A DNA stretch of 33,000 nt, from positions 1 to 33,000 of the forward strand of contig JBFFDV010000002.1 in NCBI GenBank assembly GCA_041559215.1. The letters are read 5' to 3'. A program made the translations under genes and the position numbers. Shown here one piece after another: positions 25,028-33,000 of this stretch; the first letter of the stretch is position 1, and every line of letters starts with the position of its first letter. The stretch is from Anaerolineae bacterium (GTDB lineage: Bacteria > Chloroflexota > Anaerolineae > UBA7937 > B3-Chlor). Below the pieces are notes generated by a model that was not told where the DNA came from, searched no databases, and worked only from the letters and a program-made list of their open reading frames with translations.

Positions 25028-25884
25028 CCGGAGGGTATTTAGAGATGAAAGAATAGGACCGTGCTATCGCTCAAGTGCCGTCCAGCAGGACCCTCAAACC
25101 AGCGGGAGTTGACGACAAACAGGTGGCACCACGCTATGACAAGGAGCTCCGCCGGCCTTTGCGGCTGGCCGGGGTCGGCCAGGAGCAAAGGCAGCTCTGA
25201 TCGTCGCCTTACCACGGTGGCCAGTGAGTGCAGCACCATTCGCCTCTAGAGCCTTTCGCTGCATCTTCAACTGATAAGACAGCCGTAGGTGCAAACATGG
25301 TCCTAACCAATTTGCTGGATGTTGCAAGTAGACCCAATTTATGCTATTGTGTTCTTTGCGAGCAATGCCACAGCCCCTAGGCGGATGCCGCCGTCGGGAA
25401 GTGTCGAAGCGTCCTGGCAAGAGGCCCTAGCCATCTTGCTTCTCCAACGACAGGCTGTGGCGGCGGCTTTGGTTAGACATCGCACTTGGAGGCGGACAGG
25501 GCGAAAGCCGATCTCAAGATGGAGTGCAATGGGCAACTCGCATCGTTGGCCGCCAGATACGAAATCGCGCGCGCGAAACTGCAAGACTTGGAAACGGCTG
25601 GCGAATAGCAGATCTCCTGTCCGCTGCGGGCGCTCAGCTAATATGAGTGTAGACCTAGAGAATCGCTATCTCTTAAACAAAGGCTGTAAATGTCGCTGGG
25701 CGCAATAGAGCAGCTAACGATGCAACTTGTGAAGCTTCTAGTAGGCAGTTGACCATTCCGTTGTGAAACAGTAACTGGCCGATATATTCGCTTGACGTTA
25801 GCATTGAGGTTGGAGAGATACGCAGAGAATGGTACTTAGTGTCGTTTCTGCCGATTTCATCCCATGAGCGGAGGAGTGTCTGAT

Positions 25885-27441
25885 ATGAAACCAGCTAATC
25901 GTCGAATTACAGAGGGCATCTTGTTTACCGATGAATACCAACTGACCATGGCTCAACTCTACTATCGAACGGGCCTGCATGAGATACCCGCGCAATTTGA
26001 GCATTTCTTCCGCAGCTATCCCGACTATGGGGCGCACAGGGCTGGGTACTGCATAAACGCGGGTCTAGAATGGCTCCTGGACTGGGTGCAAGAAGCTCGC
26101 TTCCGCCACGAGGACATCGAATACCTACGCGGTCAACGAGGCCAAACGGGCAAAAGACTGTTCGACGACAACTTCCTGGACTGGCTGCGGCAGAATGGCA
26201 CTTTCGACGGCATTACCATGTACGCCATACCGGAAGGGCGCGTGGTACATCCTAATGTACCCCTGACGGTTGCACAGGGGCCGCTGGCCATGGCGCAGAT
26301 TCTGGAGACTCCTCTGCTCAATCATCTGAACTATCAGACCCTTGTGGCTAGCAAGGCCTCACGGATTCGCGAGAGCGGCCGGGGTCAACTGTTGCTGGAG
26401 TTCGGACTGCGCCGAGGTCAGGACAAGGGTGCCAATGCTGGCACACGGGCGGCACTCATCGGAGGGGCCGACTTCACCTCCAACGTGGGCATCTCTCATG
26501 TACTGGGATACCAGCCCAAAGGCACCCATGCCCACAGCATGGTCCAGGCGTTCATGGCCCTTGGGGAGGGAGAACTCGGTGCTTTCCGCGCCTATGCCGA
26601 TATCTACCCTGATGACTGCTTGTTGTTGGTCGACACTGTGGACACCCTCGAAAGTGGGATTCCCAACGCTATCAAGGTCTTCGAGGAATTGCGGCACAAG
26701 GGTCATAAACCACTGGGCATTCGATTGGACTCAGGCGATCTCGCCTATCTGAGCATACAGGCAGCCAGAATGTTGAACAAGGCTGGCTTTCCTGACACAT
26801 CAATCGTGTTGTCCAATCAGTTGGACGAGCTCGTCATCTGGCAGATTATCACCCAGATCCAAGAGGAGGCACCTCGCTACGATGTTGACCCAGATGATCT
26901 CATTGGCCGGCTAGTATATGGGGTGGGCACACGTCTGATCACATCGCAAGGCGAGTCAGCTCTGGATGGCGTATACAAGCTGACAGCTATATATGACCGA
27001 GATGAATGGGTGCCGGTCATAAAGATCTCAGAAACGCCGGACAAGACCCCGAATCCGGGTCACAAGTATGTCTGGCGGGTGTATGATCAACGTGGCAAGG
27101 CGACTGCTGATCTTCTCAGTCTCGACGACGAGGATCCCAGGCAGATGGAACAGATCGTTCTGCATCATCCCACGGACAGAACCATATACCGAACGCTCCA
27201 GAAGGATGACGTCTCAAGAGTCGGACCCCTGCTAGTCGAAGTGCTAAGGGATGGGCAGTTAGTGTATGAGCTGCCTACCACAGAGGAGATGCGTGCGCGC
27301 CGTGAAGCCGACCTGGATCGCCTCGATCCGGGGGTCAGACGGCTCATCAATCCACATATCTATCACGTGTCTCTGACAGAGCGACTGTGGAATCTGAAAC
27401 AAGAACTCATCGAATCAGCAATGAAGGGGAATCAGAGGTAG
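25885..27441 (+). CDS. pncB: Nicotinate phosphoribosyltransferase
   Basis: [17 protein letters not shown]-terminus, the HSMVQAF region, about 518 aa. GAGGAG lies 8 nt upstream of the ATG at 25885. Confidence 0.85.
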   Translation: MKPANRRITEGILFTDEYQLTMAQLYYRTGLHEIPAQFEHFFRSYPDYGAHRAGYCINAGLEWLLDWVQEARFRHEDIEYLRGQRGQTGKRLFDDNFLDWLRQNGTFDGITMYAIPEGRVVHPNVPLTVAQGPLAMAQILETPLLNHLNYQTLVASKASRIRESGRGQLLLEFGLRRGQDKGANAGTRAALIGGADFTSNVGISHVLGYQPKGTHAHSMVQAFMALGEGELGAFRAYADIYPDDCLLLVDTVDTLESGIPNAIKVFEELRHKGHKPLGIRLDSGDLAYLSIQAARMLNKAGFPDTSIVLSNQLDELVIWQIITQIQEEAPRYDVDPDDLIGRLVYGVGTRLITSQGESALDGVYKLTAIYDRDEWVPVIKISETPDKTPNPGHKYVWRVYDQRGKATADLLSLDDEDPRQMEQIVLHHPTDRTIYRTLQKDDVSRVGPLLVEVLRDGQLVYELPTTEEMRARREADLDRLDPGVRRLINPHIYHVSLTERLWNLKQELIESAMKGNQR

Positions 27442-27862
27442 AGCCCAGGGGTATAACTCAGCCAAACAGATTTACGGGGAGAAGTCCGTGATGTGCGACA
27501 CAGCTTCTGATGGACCCAGTTATCGAGTGTAAGAGATCGAGGAGATCTATGATACCACGAAGCTCCCGATGGTGTTCAAACACACAGCGACTATGAGGAC
27601 GTCCGTGACCTACGGAGAGGTCTGGCGCCTCTAGACCAGGAGATGGTCGGGCATTCTTTCAGCGCCTGATGGAAAGGGGAGAGACAATCTCTTAGGTGAG
27701 AAGGCCATAACTTCGTCCCATGAACCAAACAGGTGCGGCCACATCTCTATCTGTCTCCACCTCATTGTGGCTGGTTTATGGGCCTCTGAGGGGCTCAACG
27801 TGCTCAAGAAAGCGGCGGTGACGGGAGCGGCAATCGCTACCTGACCGACGCTGAGGTGTTAT

Positions 27863-27890
27863 TGGTGGGAGCGACGGGCATCGAACGCGC
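27863..27890 (-). other. tRNA 3'-end-like fragment (T-arm + acceptor 3' strand + ACCA), no complete tRNA
   Basis: Minus strand GCGCGTTCGATGCCCGTCGCTCCCACCA has a T-loop-like TTCGATG and a CCA end. It matches the 3' end of the nearby tRNA-Asp at 20 of 28 positions. No D arm or anticodon arm lies upstream. Confidence 0.4.
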
Positions 27891-27986
27891 ACTAGTATAC
27901 ACTATCTCCTGGCCCAAGACAGGCTCTCGGGCGTCCCTTTTTCCATAAATCCGTGAAATTTTAAGGTTGGCAAAGAGAGCATGATG

Positions 27987-28433
27987 TCAACCCTCCAGTT
28001 CATTTCTCAACCACGACAGGAAATCCCCAGGTGTTCCAACCCGCAATCCTGACCTGCGAGCCACTTCTGGATCATCAATGAAGTGCTCTCGGTCCAGCGT
28101 CACCAGATAGTCCACCTGGGCAGCAATCGCCGCCGCTAGGATGGGCGCATCCTTGGGATGGATGATCTCCCTAACGGCCACGACATCCGCGTGAGAGGGC
28201 AAGGGGATCTTCTCCAGGGGACAACTTGCCAGAAAACGGCGATAGTCAGGGATCGCTCGGGGAAGTTTCTCCTGCAGATTGCGCTCAGCCTCTACCAGTA
28301 CCTCTTCCGAAACAACCAGGGCGATTACTTGCGCCTCGGCAAGGGCAAGGATCATGTTACTGGCTCTCTTGGGCGAGGCGAGTCCGGCGAGGAGAGCACT
28401 AGTGTCCAGGAAGATTCTAGGCGTCAAGGCCAT
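27987..28433 (-). CDS. PIN-domain toxin (VapC-like)
   Basis: MALTPRIFLDTSAL..., with acidic residues at the FLDTS, SEEVLVE and LVTLD positions. Its ATG overlaps the antitoxin stop by 17 nt. Confidence 0.8.
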   Translation of the reverse strand: MALTPRIFLDTSALLAGLASPKRASNMILALAEAQVIALVVSEEVLVEAERNLQEKLPRAIPDYRRFLASCPLEKIPLPSHADVVAVREIIHPKDAPILAAAIAAQVDYLVTLDREHFIDDPEVARRSGLRVGTPGDFLSWLRNELEG

Positions 28434-28713
28434 ACTTCTCGTTGACGTAGATCTCCCGTTGCTCATCCAGGCCCTCCAGCAGGTCTTTCAGGGACACTCC
28501 CTCCTCCTGCATGAGGGCTTCTATGGCCCCGGCGATTTCCGGAGCCACAAGTCTCTTGCGGGTGGCGATAAGGGTATTCCCCAGACTTATCAGGGAGAAG
28601 ACGTCGCCGTCCTTGATCCCCATCTGGCGGCGTATCTCCGCAGGGATCGTCAATTGGCCACGTTCCCGCACAAGCACTACCACTGGGCCACTCGCCTCAA
28701 GAGTTCTCTGCAT
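28417..28713 (-). CDS. AbrB/SpoVT/MazE-type antitoxin
   Basis: VRERGQLTIPAEIRRQMGIKDGDVF swapped-hairpin motif. GGAGAGGTGGAG RBS before the ATG at 28713. The track ORF is over-extended upstream. Confidence 0.8.
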   Translation of the reverse strand: MQRTLEASGPVVVLVRERGQLTIPAEIRRQMGIKDGDVFSLISLGNTLIATRKRLVAPEIAGAIEALMQEEGVSLKDLLEGLDEQREIYVNEKYGLDA

Positions 28714-28732
28714 ATCGACTCCACCTCTCCTG

Positions 28733-28778
28733 TCAGAATTTCTGATATCATTATACATCCAACGATGACATCTGTCAA
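28733..28778 (-). promoter_or_regulatory. Consensus promoter and palindromic operator of the toxin-antitoxin pair
   Basis: Minus strand reads TTGACA-N17-TATAAT (plus coordinates 28750-28778), a perfect consensus. It is followed by the 13-bp palindrome TCAGAA-A-TTCTGA (28733-28745). Confidence 0.65.
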
Positions 28779-28799
28779 GATCCTCGGAACCTGCCCTCG

Positions 28800-29205
28800 C
28801 TGCTCGCCAGGAAGACGGCATCCCCCAATGACCTCGCTGGGGCCAGAAGGTCACCTGCACGTACGACGCGGTCGGCAATCGGCTGATGATGGTCCCTCCT
28901 CAAGGCACCGTGAACTACACCTAAGACGCCGCCAACCGCTTGACCAATGTGGGAGGGGTGGATTATACCTTGGGGTAGCAACGGAAAGCTGCTCTTCGAT
29001 GGCGTGCGGAGCTACGAGTATGACCACGTCAACAGGTTGACTCAGATCACAGGAACCTTGACAACACAATATGCCTACAACGGGGACGGGAATAGGATCA
29101 GGAAGACGGTGGACGGCATCACCACCCAGTACGTCCTCGACTTGGCGGCCACGCTTTCGGTGGTGATCAGCGACACGGAGGCGATCTACGTTCGGTTAGA
29201 CGCGA
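28800..29205 (+). pseudogene. Decayed RHS/YD-repeat protein fragment
   Basis: YD-repeat units read across two frames: VTCTYDAVGNRL...NYT*DAANRLTNVGGVDYT, then a +1 shift into WGSNGKLLFDGVRSYEYDHVNRLTQI...QYAYNGDGNRIRKTVDGITTQYVLD. It contains an in-frame TAA and a frameshift, with no start, no core end and no toxin tip. Confidence 0.65.
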
Positions 29206-29253
29206 TCAATGCAAAAAGAGAGGGCTCTGGCTATGGAGCCCTCTCTTCCTACA

Positions 29254-29332
29254 TGGCGGGGACGACGGGATTTGAACCCGCGATCTCCTGCTTGACAGGC
29301 AGGTATGTTAAGCCAAGCTACACCACGCCCCC
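29254..29332 (-). tRNA. tRNA-Asp (anticodon GUC), CCA encoded
   Basis: Hand-folded cloverleaf. Acceptor GGGGGCG/CGTCCCC, D stem GTGT/ACAT, anticodon arm CCTGC-CTGTCAA-GCAGG, T arm GCGGG-TTCAAAT-CCCGT, discriminator G, CCA. Confidence 0.9.
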
Positions 29333-29351
29333 ACAATCACTGTCATATCTT

Positions 29352-29380
29352 ACCATACCATAAATCTTCTTTTTAGTCAA
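29352..29380 (-). promoter_or_regulatory. Promoter of tRNA-Asp
   Basis: Minus strand reads TTGACT-N17-TATGGT with TGg upstream of the -10. It lies about 20 nt upstream of the mature 5' end. Confidence 0.5.
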
Positions 29381-29398
29381 ATGGTCATCATCCGCGGC

Positions 29399-29435
29399 GG
29401 GCTTGCGCAGCGGTTGGGCACAAGTCCCAAGGTTT
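29399..29435 (+). repeat. Copy E of the intergenic repeat, 5' module only (truncated)
   Basis: GGGCTTGCGCAGCGGTTGGGCACAAGTCCCAAGG is 28/30 identical to the 5' module of copy D. The central and 3' modules are absent. Confidence 0.7.
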
Positions 29436-29443
29436 CGCCGAAT

Positions 29444-29472
29444 TTGCGTAAAATCCGCTTAGATGTAATAAT
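29444..29472 (+). promoter_or_regulatory. Extended -10 promoter upstream of the PPIase gene
   Basis: TTGCGT-N17-AATAAT preceded by TGt. It starts 9 nt after repeat copy E. Confidence 0.5.
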
Positions 29473-29512
29473 AAGAGACTGAAACTCGGTCTGAGGAAAA
29501 GGGGGGCATGCT

Positions 29513-30430
29513 ATGAAAGGGGTTCTTTACCCGCTACTTCTTGCGTTGATGCTCGTCAGCACAATCCTTATCGGTTGCGCTGAGGGAATGCCTTCGGCAG
29601 ATACGCCAACTGCTGAGGCCAGCGCAACTTCTGCTGCCGGCACAACCGAGGCGTTGGCAGCCGTGGTCAACGGCCAGTCGATTACTATGGAGAACTATCA
29701 GAAACAAATCGCTCAGGTGGAGGCTTTCTTCGAGCAAGAAGGCCTGGATTTGCAGAGCGAGGAGGGCCGGGAGAGGCTAGCTCAGGCTCGCCGACAGGTG
29801 CTGGAACAGATGATAGATCAAGAGCTGATAAGACAGGCGGCGGCGGAGATGGATATCAGCATCTCTGGCGAGGAGTTGGAGTCCAAGATCCAAGAGATTA
29901 TCGAGCAATCTGGGGGACAGGAGCAGTTCCAGCAGTCGTTGCAGGGTACCGGGACGAGCTATGAAGACTTCAGGCAGATGCTGCTGGATCAACTCTTGAG
30001 CGAGGCGGTATTCAGCGCTGTCACGGCTTCCATTCCCTCTGTCGCAGAGCAAGTTCATGCCCGCCATATTCTCCTCTCCACGAGGGAGAGGGCGGAGGAG
30101 GTGTTGGCCAGGTTTCAGGGAGGGGAAGACTTTGCCTTCCTGGCGAGAGAATACTCCGAAGACGTCAGTTCCAGGGAAAGAGGCGGGGACATGGGTTTCT
30201 TCCCTCAAGGGATGATGCCGCTGGAGATAGAGGAGGCAGCTTTCAGTTTGGAAGTCGGTGAGATCAGTGGGATAATAGAGTCTCAATTTGGCTTTCATAT
30301 TGTGCAGGTCCTAGAGAGGGAGGAGCGCGAGATGGCTCCAGAGATATTCGAAAACCTGCGACAACAGACCTTCATGCAATGGTTACAGGAACGGAGGGAG
30401 AGTGCCACTATTGAGCGCTTTGTCGAGTAG
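29513..30430 (+). CDS. PrsA/SurA-like parvulin-type peptidyl-prolyl isomerase lipoprotein
   Basis: Signal peptide with lipobox LIGC. SurA-like N-terminal helical region. Parvulin motifs HARHILL, GGDMGFF and FGFHIVQV. Confidence 0.85.
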   Translation: MKGVLYPLLLALMLVSTILIGCAEGMPSADTPTAEASATSAAGTTEALAAVVNGQSITMENYQKQIAQVEAFFEQEGLDLQSEEGRERLAQARRQVLEQMIDQELIRQAAAEMDISISGEELESKIQEIIEQSGGQEQFQQSLQGTGTSYEDFRQMLLDQLLSEAVFSAVTASIPSVAEQVHARHILLSTRERAEEVLARFQGGEDFAFLAREYSEDVSSRERGGDMGFFPQGMMPLEIEEAAFSLEVGEISGIIESQFGFHIVQVLEREEREMAPEIFENLRQQTFMQWLQERRESATIERFVE

Positions 30431-30469
30431 AGGCGGAGATCAAGCAGATTGTGACACGTGCAGTCGAAC

Positions 30470-30498
30470 TAGACAATGGTTCTTTGATAGGGTATAAT
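30470..30498 (+). promoter_or_regulatory. sigma70-type promoter upstream of ORF 30555
   Basis: TAGACA-N17-TATAAT. Confidence 0.5.
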
Positions 30499-30554
30499 TT
30501 ATGATTGCGGGGGCATTTGCTGATGCCTCATCATTTTATTAAGCGGAGAAGGTA

Positions 30555-31898
30555 ATGGTTCGGACAAGTTCTTCGACTTTCGGTCGAAGTGTTATCAGTC
30601 GGGTTATTCTTGGCTTCATAGTACTGCTGATCGTGTTTGGCCTCGTGAGTGGAGGGACGTATCTGTACCTCCGTTTTGGGAGCCCCTACCAGCAGGGAGG
30701 TGACCCCATCGAACAGCTACAGAAGGACAAGATTGACCCTTCTTTGGCCCTCCTGACATTGGCTGGAGCGGGTGACCTGGAGGTGGTGAATCGAGCTCTG
30801 GCGGACGGGGAATTGGAAACAGCCTACACTACTATCCTTTTCAGTACTGAGCTGGCTAACAGAGAACGAGTTGGGAGCTTGTTGCTCCTGGCGCAGGCTT
30901 ATACAACTACTGGGGATAATAGCAAAGCACAACTTTGCTATCAACTGGCCAATCTCATCGCTACCTTGAGCCCGACCTTGTCCGATTTTGCGAAGGCTAA
31001 CTCGTATTTGGAGATAGGGGAGGGGTTGGCGGAACTGGGCGATAAGGCAGAGGCGCTTTTCAACTATGATCAGGCGTATGTTGTAGCTTTACACAGTCCG
31101 TATATGAGAGATCCCCATCGAGCGGATCTCTTGGGTAAACTCGCTACAGCATACCAGGCGCTGGATGAGATTGGCAAGGCGAGTGAATCCTTGACCCAGC
31201 AATCCGAGATACAATATGTTTCTGATGAACCAGGGCAAGCATCGGAGAGCCCTCCGGAGCAACCGATTTCCCCCTTTGTGATGGAAGTCCCCGAGCCAAC
31301 TGAGGCGATGGTAATATCCTATGAGCAAAGACGTGTGGAGACCGTGCAGCAGCTCATCGATTCCCTGCAAGAGCCATCCGAAGGGGGCGCCATACCAGAG
31401 GATTTGATGACTGATGTCACTCAGGCGTTGTTGAATGAGGATGGCGTCCGACAAGGTGTCTATGAAGAGCAAATGGCCGGGGCATCCTCGATGGTGCTAA
31501 AGATAGGCATTGCAGAGGCCAAGGTGCACTGGTTGGTCATCAAATTCAGGGTTGCATCAGGTGGGTACGGGCTGCCGTTGGTGCCTGCATGGACCGAAGA
31601 TCTAGCTGATATCGAAGACCAACTCAACGCCGCCCATAGGGAGCTCTACAACGCCTACGATGAGCAGATCCGCACCTTCAATGATGACGCCGCGGTAGAT
31701 CGGGCCTGGTTCCACCTTCTTCGCTCCCAGATCGAGCAGGGAAGGCTGGGGCTTTATCCCCATTATCCGGAAGAGGAACTGCTCTCACAGCTGACGGAGG
31801 TTAGCGAAAGACTCACCGCCTCAGGGGATACATCGTTACGTGTGGATGTTGACTACCAGGACGACACTCCAGTCTTTGCGTTGGCGGCGGCTGAATAG
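30555..31898 (+). CDS. Membrane-anchored protein of unknown function with TPR-like helical repeats
   Basis: GGAGAAGG RBS. Single N-terminal TM helix VILGFIVLLIVFGLVSGG. Amphipathic Ala/Leu-rich repeats. No catalytic motif recognised. Confidence 0.7.
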   Translation: MVRTSSSTFGRSVISRVILGFIVLLIVFGLVSGGTYLYLRFGSPYQQGGDPIEQLQKDKIDPSLALLTLAGAGDLEVVNRALADGELETAYTTILFSTELANRERVGSLLLLAQAYTTTGDNSKAQLCYQLANLIATLSPTLSDFAKANSYLEIGEGLAELGDKAEALFNYDQAYVVALHSPYMRDPHRADLLGKLATAYQALDEIGKASESLTQQSEIQYVSDEPGQASESPPEQPISPFVMEVPEPTEAMVISYEQRRVETVQQLIDSLQEPSEGGAIPEDLMTDVTQALLNEDGVRQGVYEEQMAGASSMVLKIGIAEAKVHWLVIKFRVASGGYGLPLVPAWTEDLADIEDQLNAAHRELYNAYDEQIRTFNDDAAVDRAWFHLLRSQIEQGRLGLYPHYPEEELLSQLTEVSERLTASGDTSLRVDVDYQDDTPVFALAAAE

Positions 31899-31923
31899 AG
31901 GCAATGTTGAAAGGAGGTAGGGT

Positions 31924-32664
31924 GTGATGTTGACCCAGATAAATGAGCGAGTGGCTCTCGCGGTGACCATCGTTGCTCTGGCCTTTACTGTTCTGACCTG
32001 CCTGTTTTACCTGACCATCTTCATTAACCCGTATATGCCGCTGAACCCTTTCCCCCCACCGGAGGAGGTAGGGTTGACATTGCTTTTGACGCCAACAAGC
32101 GCGTTGTCACAGGCGACCTTCCCCCCAACATGGACACCTACTCATACGGCAACTGCTACGGATACGCCCACACCGACCGACACGCCTACCATCACCCCGA
32201 GTCCGACGAACACGCCAACCCCGACCCGCACGCCGACCCCAACTCGGAGGCCAGCGCCTCCGCCCCCACCGACGCCCACCAAGGCCCCGCCGCCGACGCC
32301 CACCCCGTGGCCTTACGTCCAGCATGGATATACATATCACCGGGCGAACGACAGGAATCCGGCTGGATGTGCGTGGTTAGGGGTTGGTGGGCAGGTGCTC
32401 GATGCCAATGGCGTCGGCTTGCCAGGTGTCACTGTGAGGGTCTGGTCTGGCGGCTGGCAGGGTACCAGTTCGTCGGACCAGAAGCTTGAGTACGGGCCGG
32501 GCGGCTGGGAAGTCTATCTTGATGATCACCCCAAGAACGGCACTTGGAACTGCCAGGTGATTGGTCAGAACGGTGTAGGACTGTCTCCCGTCGTGGTTTT
32601 CCAGACCTATGCCAACGATTGCAACCGCAACTTGATCTTGATCAGCTTCAAGAAGGCCTCATAG
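31924..32664 (+). CDS. Membrane-anchored protein with a Pro/Thr-rich linker and a ~110-aa C-terminal beta-rich domain
   Basis: AAAGGAGGT RBS with GTG 31924 or ATG 31927 as start. TM helix VALAVTIVALAFTVLTCLFYLTIFI. The linker reads TPTHTATATDTPTPTDTPTITPSPTNTPTPTRTPTPTRRPAPPPPPTPTKAPPPTPTP. The C-terminal domain has two Cys pairs. Confidence 0.75.
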   Translation: MMLTQINERVALAVTIVALAFTVLTCLFYLTIFINPYMPLNPFPPPEEVGLTLLLTPTSALSQATFPPTWTPTHTATATDTPTPTDTPTITPSPTNTPTPTRTPTPTRRPAPPPPPTPTKAPPPTPTPWPYVQHGYTYHRANDRNPAGCAWLGVGGQVLDANGVGLPGVTVRVWSGGWQGTSSSDQKLEYGPGGWEVYLDDHPKNGTWNCQVIGQNGVGLSPVVVFQTYANDCNRNLILISFKKAS

Positions 32665-33000
32665 AGACCCTCGAGTCTGCAGTCGGTCATCGTATCTTGG
32701 GGGCGGGTCTTCTGGGATGGAAGAAGCATCTGTGCGGTAGATCCATGCCCTTGAGGGGGCGTCCAACCACAAGCTCAGTGGTCACGAGTTGTTAGGTGTG
32801 TAGTGTGCGCTCTTGCGCATTGCAGGGGCTGGACTCTTAAGACGAAACCTAGGGGTTACCCTATCATCTTCATCCCCGTTAGGACTTTGCCGAACTTTTG
32901 GCCCTATTGCCCCTCCACTCTTCAGCAGTATATGCCCCTGCAAGGCCAAATAGGGGATTCCCTTCAAGAGAGGAGCTATCCAGAGATGCGTCAGGCATCA

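Noticed and set aside
25200-25300. Short minus-strand ORF MFAPTAVLSVEDAAKGSRGEWCCTHWPPW (29 aa) as a possible RiPP precursor
   Set aside because: There is no RBS and no adjacent maturation enzyme; the radical SAM gene is 17 kb away. The only support is a Cys/Trp-rich tail, which is insufficient.
27449-27464. GGGGTATAACTCAGCC, resembling a tRNA 5' acceptor/D-arm start just after pncB
   Set aside because: Only about 16 nt resemble a tRNA. The D-stem cannot pair and no anticodon arm or T arm follows. The match is too short to distinguish from chance.
28279-29040. 253-aa plus-strand ORF across the toxin-antitoxin pair
   Set aside because: It is antisense to both TA genes and fuses into the RHS remnant. 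Its Arg/Ser-rich composition is typical of an antisense frame.
1523-29435. Whether the five repeats form a CRISPR array or are integron attC sites
   Set aside because: The copies are dispersed (2-13 kb apart) rather than arrayed with short spacers. The terminal motifs are (G/C)TTGCGC...GCGCAA(C/G), which is the reverse order of the attC R''(RYYYAAC)...R'(GTTRRRY) arrangement. The genes between copies are housekeeping genes with their own promoters, and there is no intI or cas gene.
32107-32489. ORFs 32107-32340 (-) and 32130-32489 (+) inside the Pro/Thr-linker region
   Set aside because: They are alternative frames of low-complexity ACNCC repeats (Arg/Gly-rich or Asp/His-rich). The frame encoding the TM helix, PT linker and C-terminal domain is continuous and has the RBS.
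32782-33000. 61-aa minus-strand ORF, and a possible plus-strand start (ATG 32986 after AGAGGAG) at the right edge
   Set aside because: The minus-strand ORF has no RBS or motif. The plus-strand candidate has only 5 codons inside the window and cannot be evaluated.

Overview
This 33-kb segment looks chromosomal and moderately GC-rich, with strong GGAGG-type ribosome-binding sites and many near-consensus sigma70-type promoters. The phylum cannot be established from the sequence; the gene set only loosely suggests a Chloroflexota-like organism (low confidence). I support about 33 CDS, one tRNA-Asp(GUC) and one decayed RHS/YD-repeat pseudogene. I saw no rRNA, CRISPR array, transposase or integrase.

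Gene content, left to right:
- A PPM/PP2C-fold gene running off the left edge (absent from the ORF track), then a small RHH protein, a small wHTH protein, a cupin and arfB.
- A polysaccharide/dTDP-sugar cluster: Wzz-like co-polymerase, BY-kinase, long-form rmlA, a B12-binding radical SAM enzyme, two tandem paralogous small ORFs and rfbB.
- A minus-strand operon: molybdopterin oxidoreductase, GT-C-like membrane protein, membrane-anchored six-hairpin glycosidase-like protein.
- A TIM-barrel isomerase-like gene, dtd, an FmdB zinc ribbon, a REC-GGDEF(GGDDF) protein and murI.
- An SbcD/Mre11-like nuclease followed by a CvnD/MglA-type small GTPase.
- A nifS-iscU-(Cys-rich 65-aa ORF)-tusA operon, an Ldh2-family dehydrogenase and pncB.
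- A small islet next to tRNA-Asp holding a PIN/AbrB toxin-antitoxin pair and the RHS remnant.
- A PrsA/SurA-like PPIase and two membrane-anchored proteins of unknown function.

The most unusual signal is non-coding. A roughly 100-nt REPIN/MITE-like palindromic repeat occurs four times in full and once truncated. Every copy is intergenic and has the same orientation as the next downstream gene, and three copies sit just upstream of extended -10 promoters. I found no convincing multi-gene novel system such as a defence island. The candidates worth follow-up are listed as findings, with evidence and inference separated.
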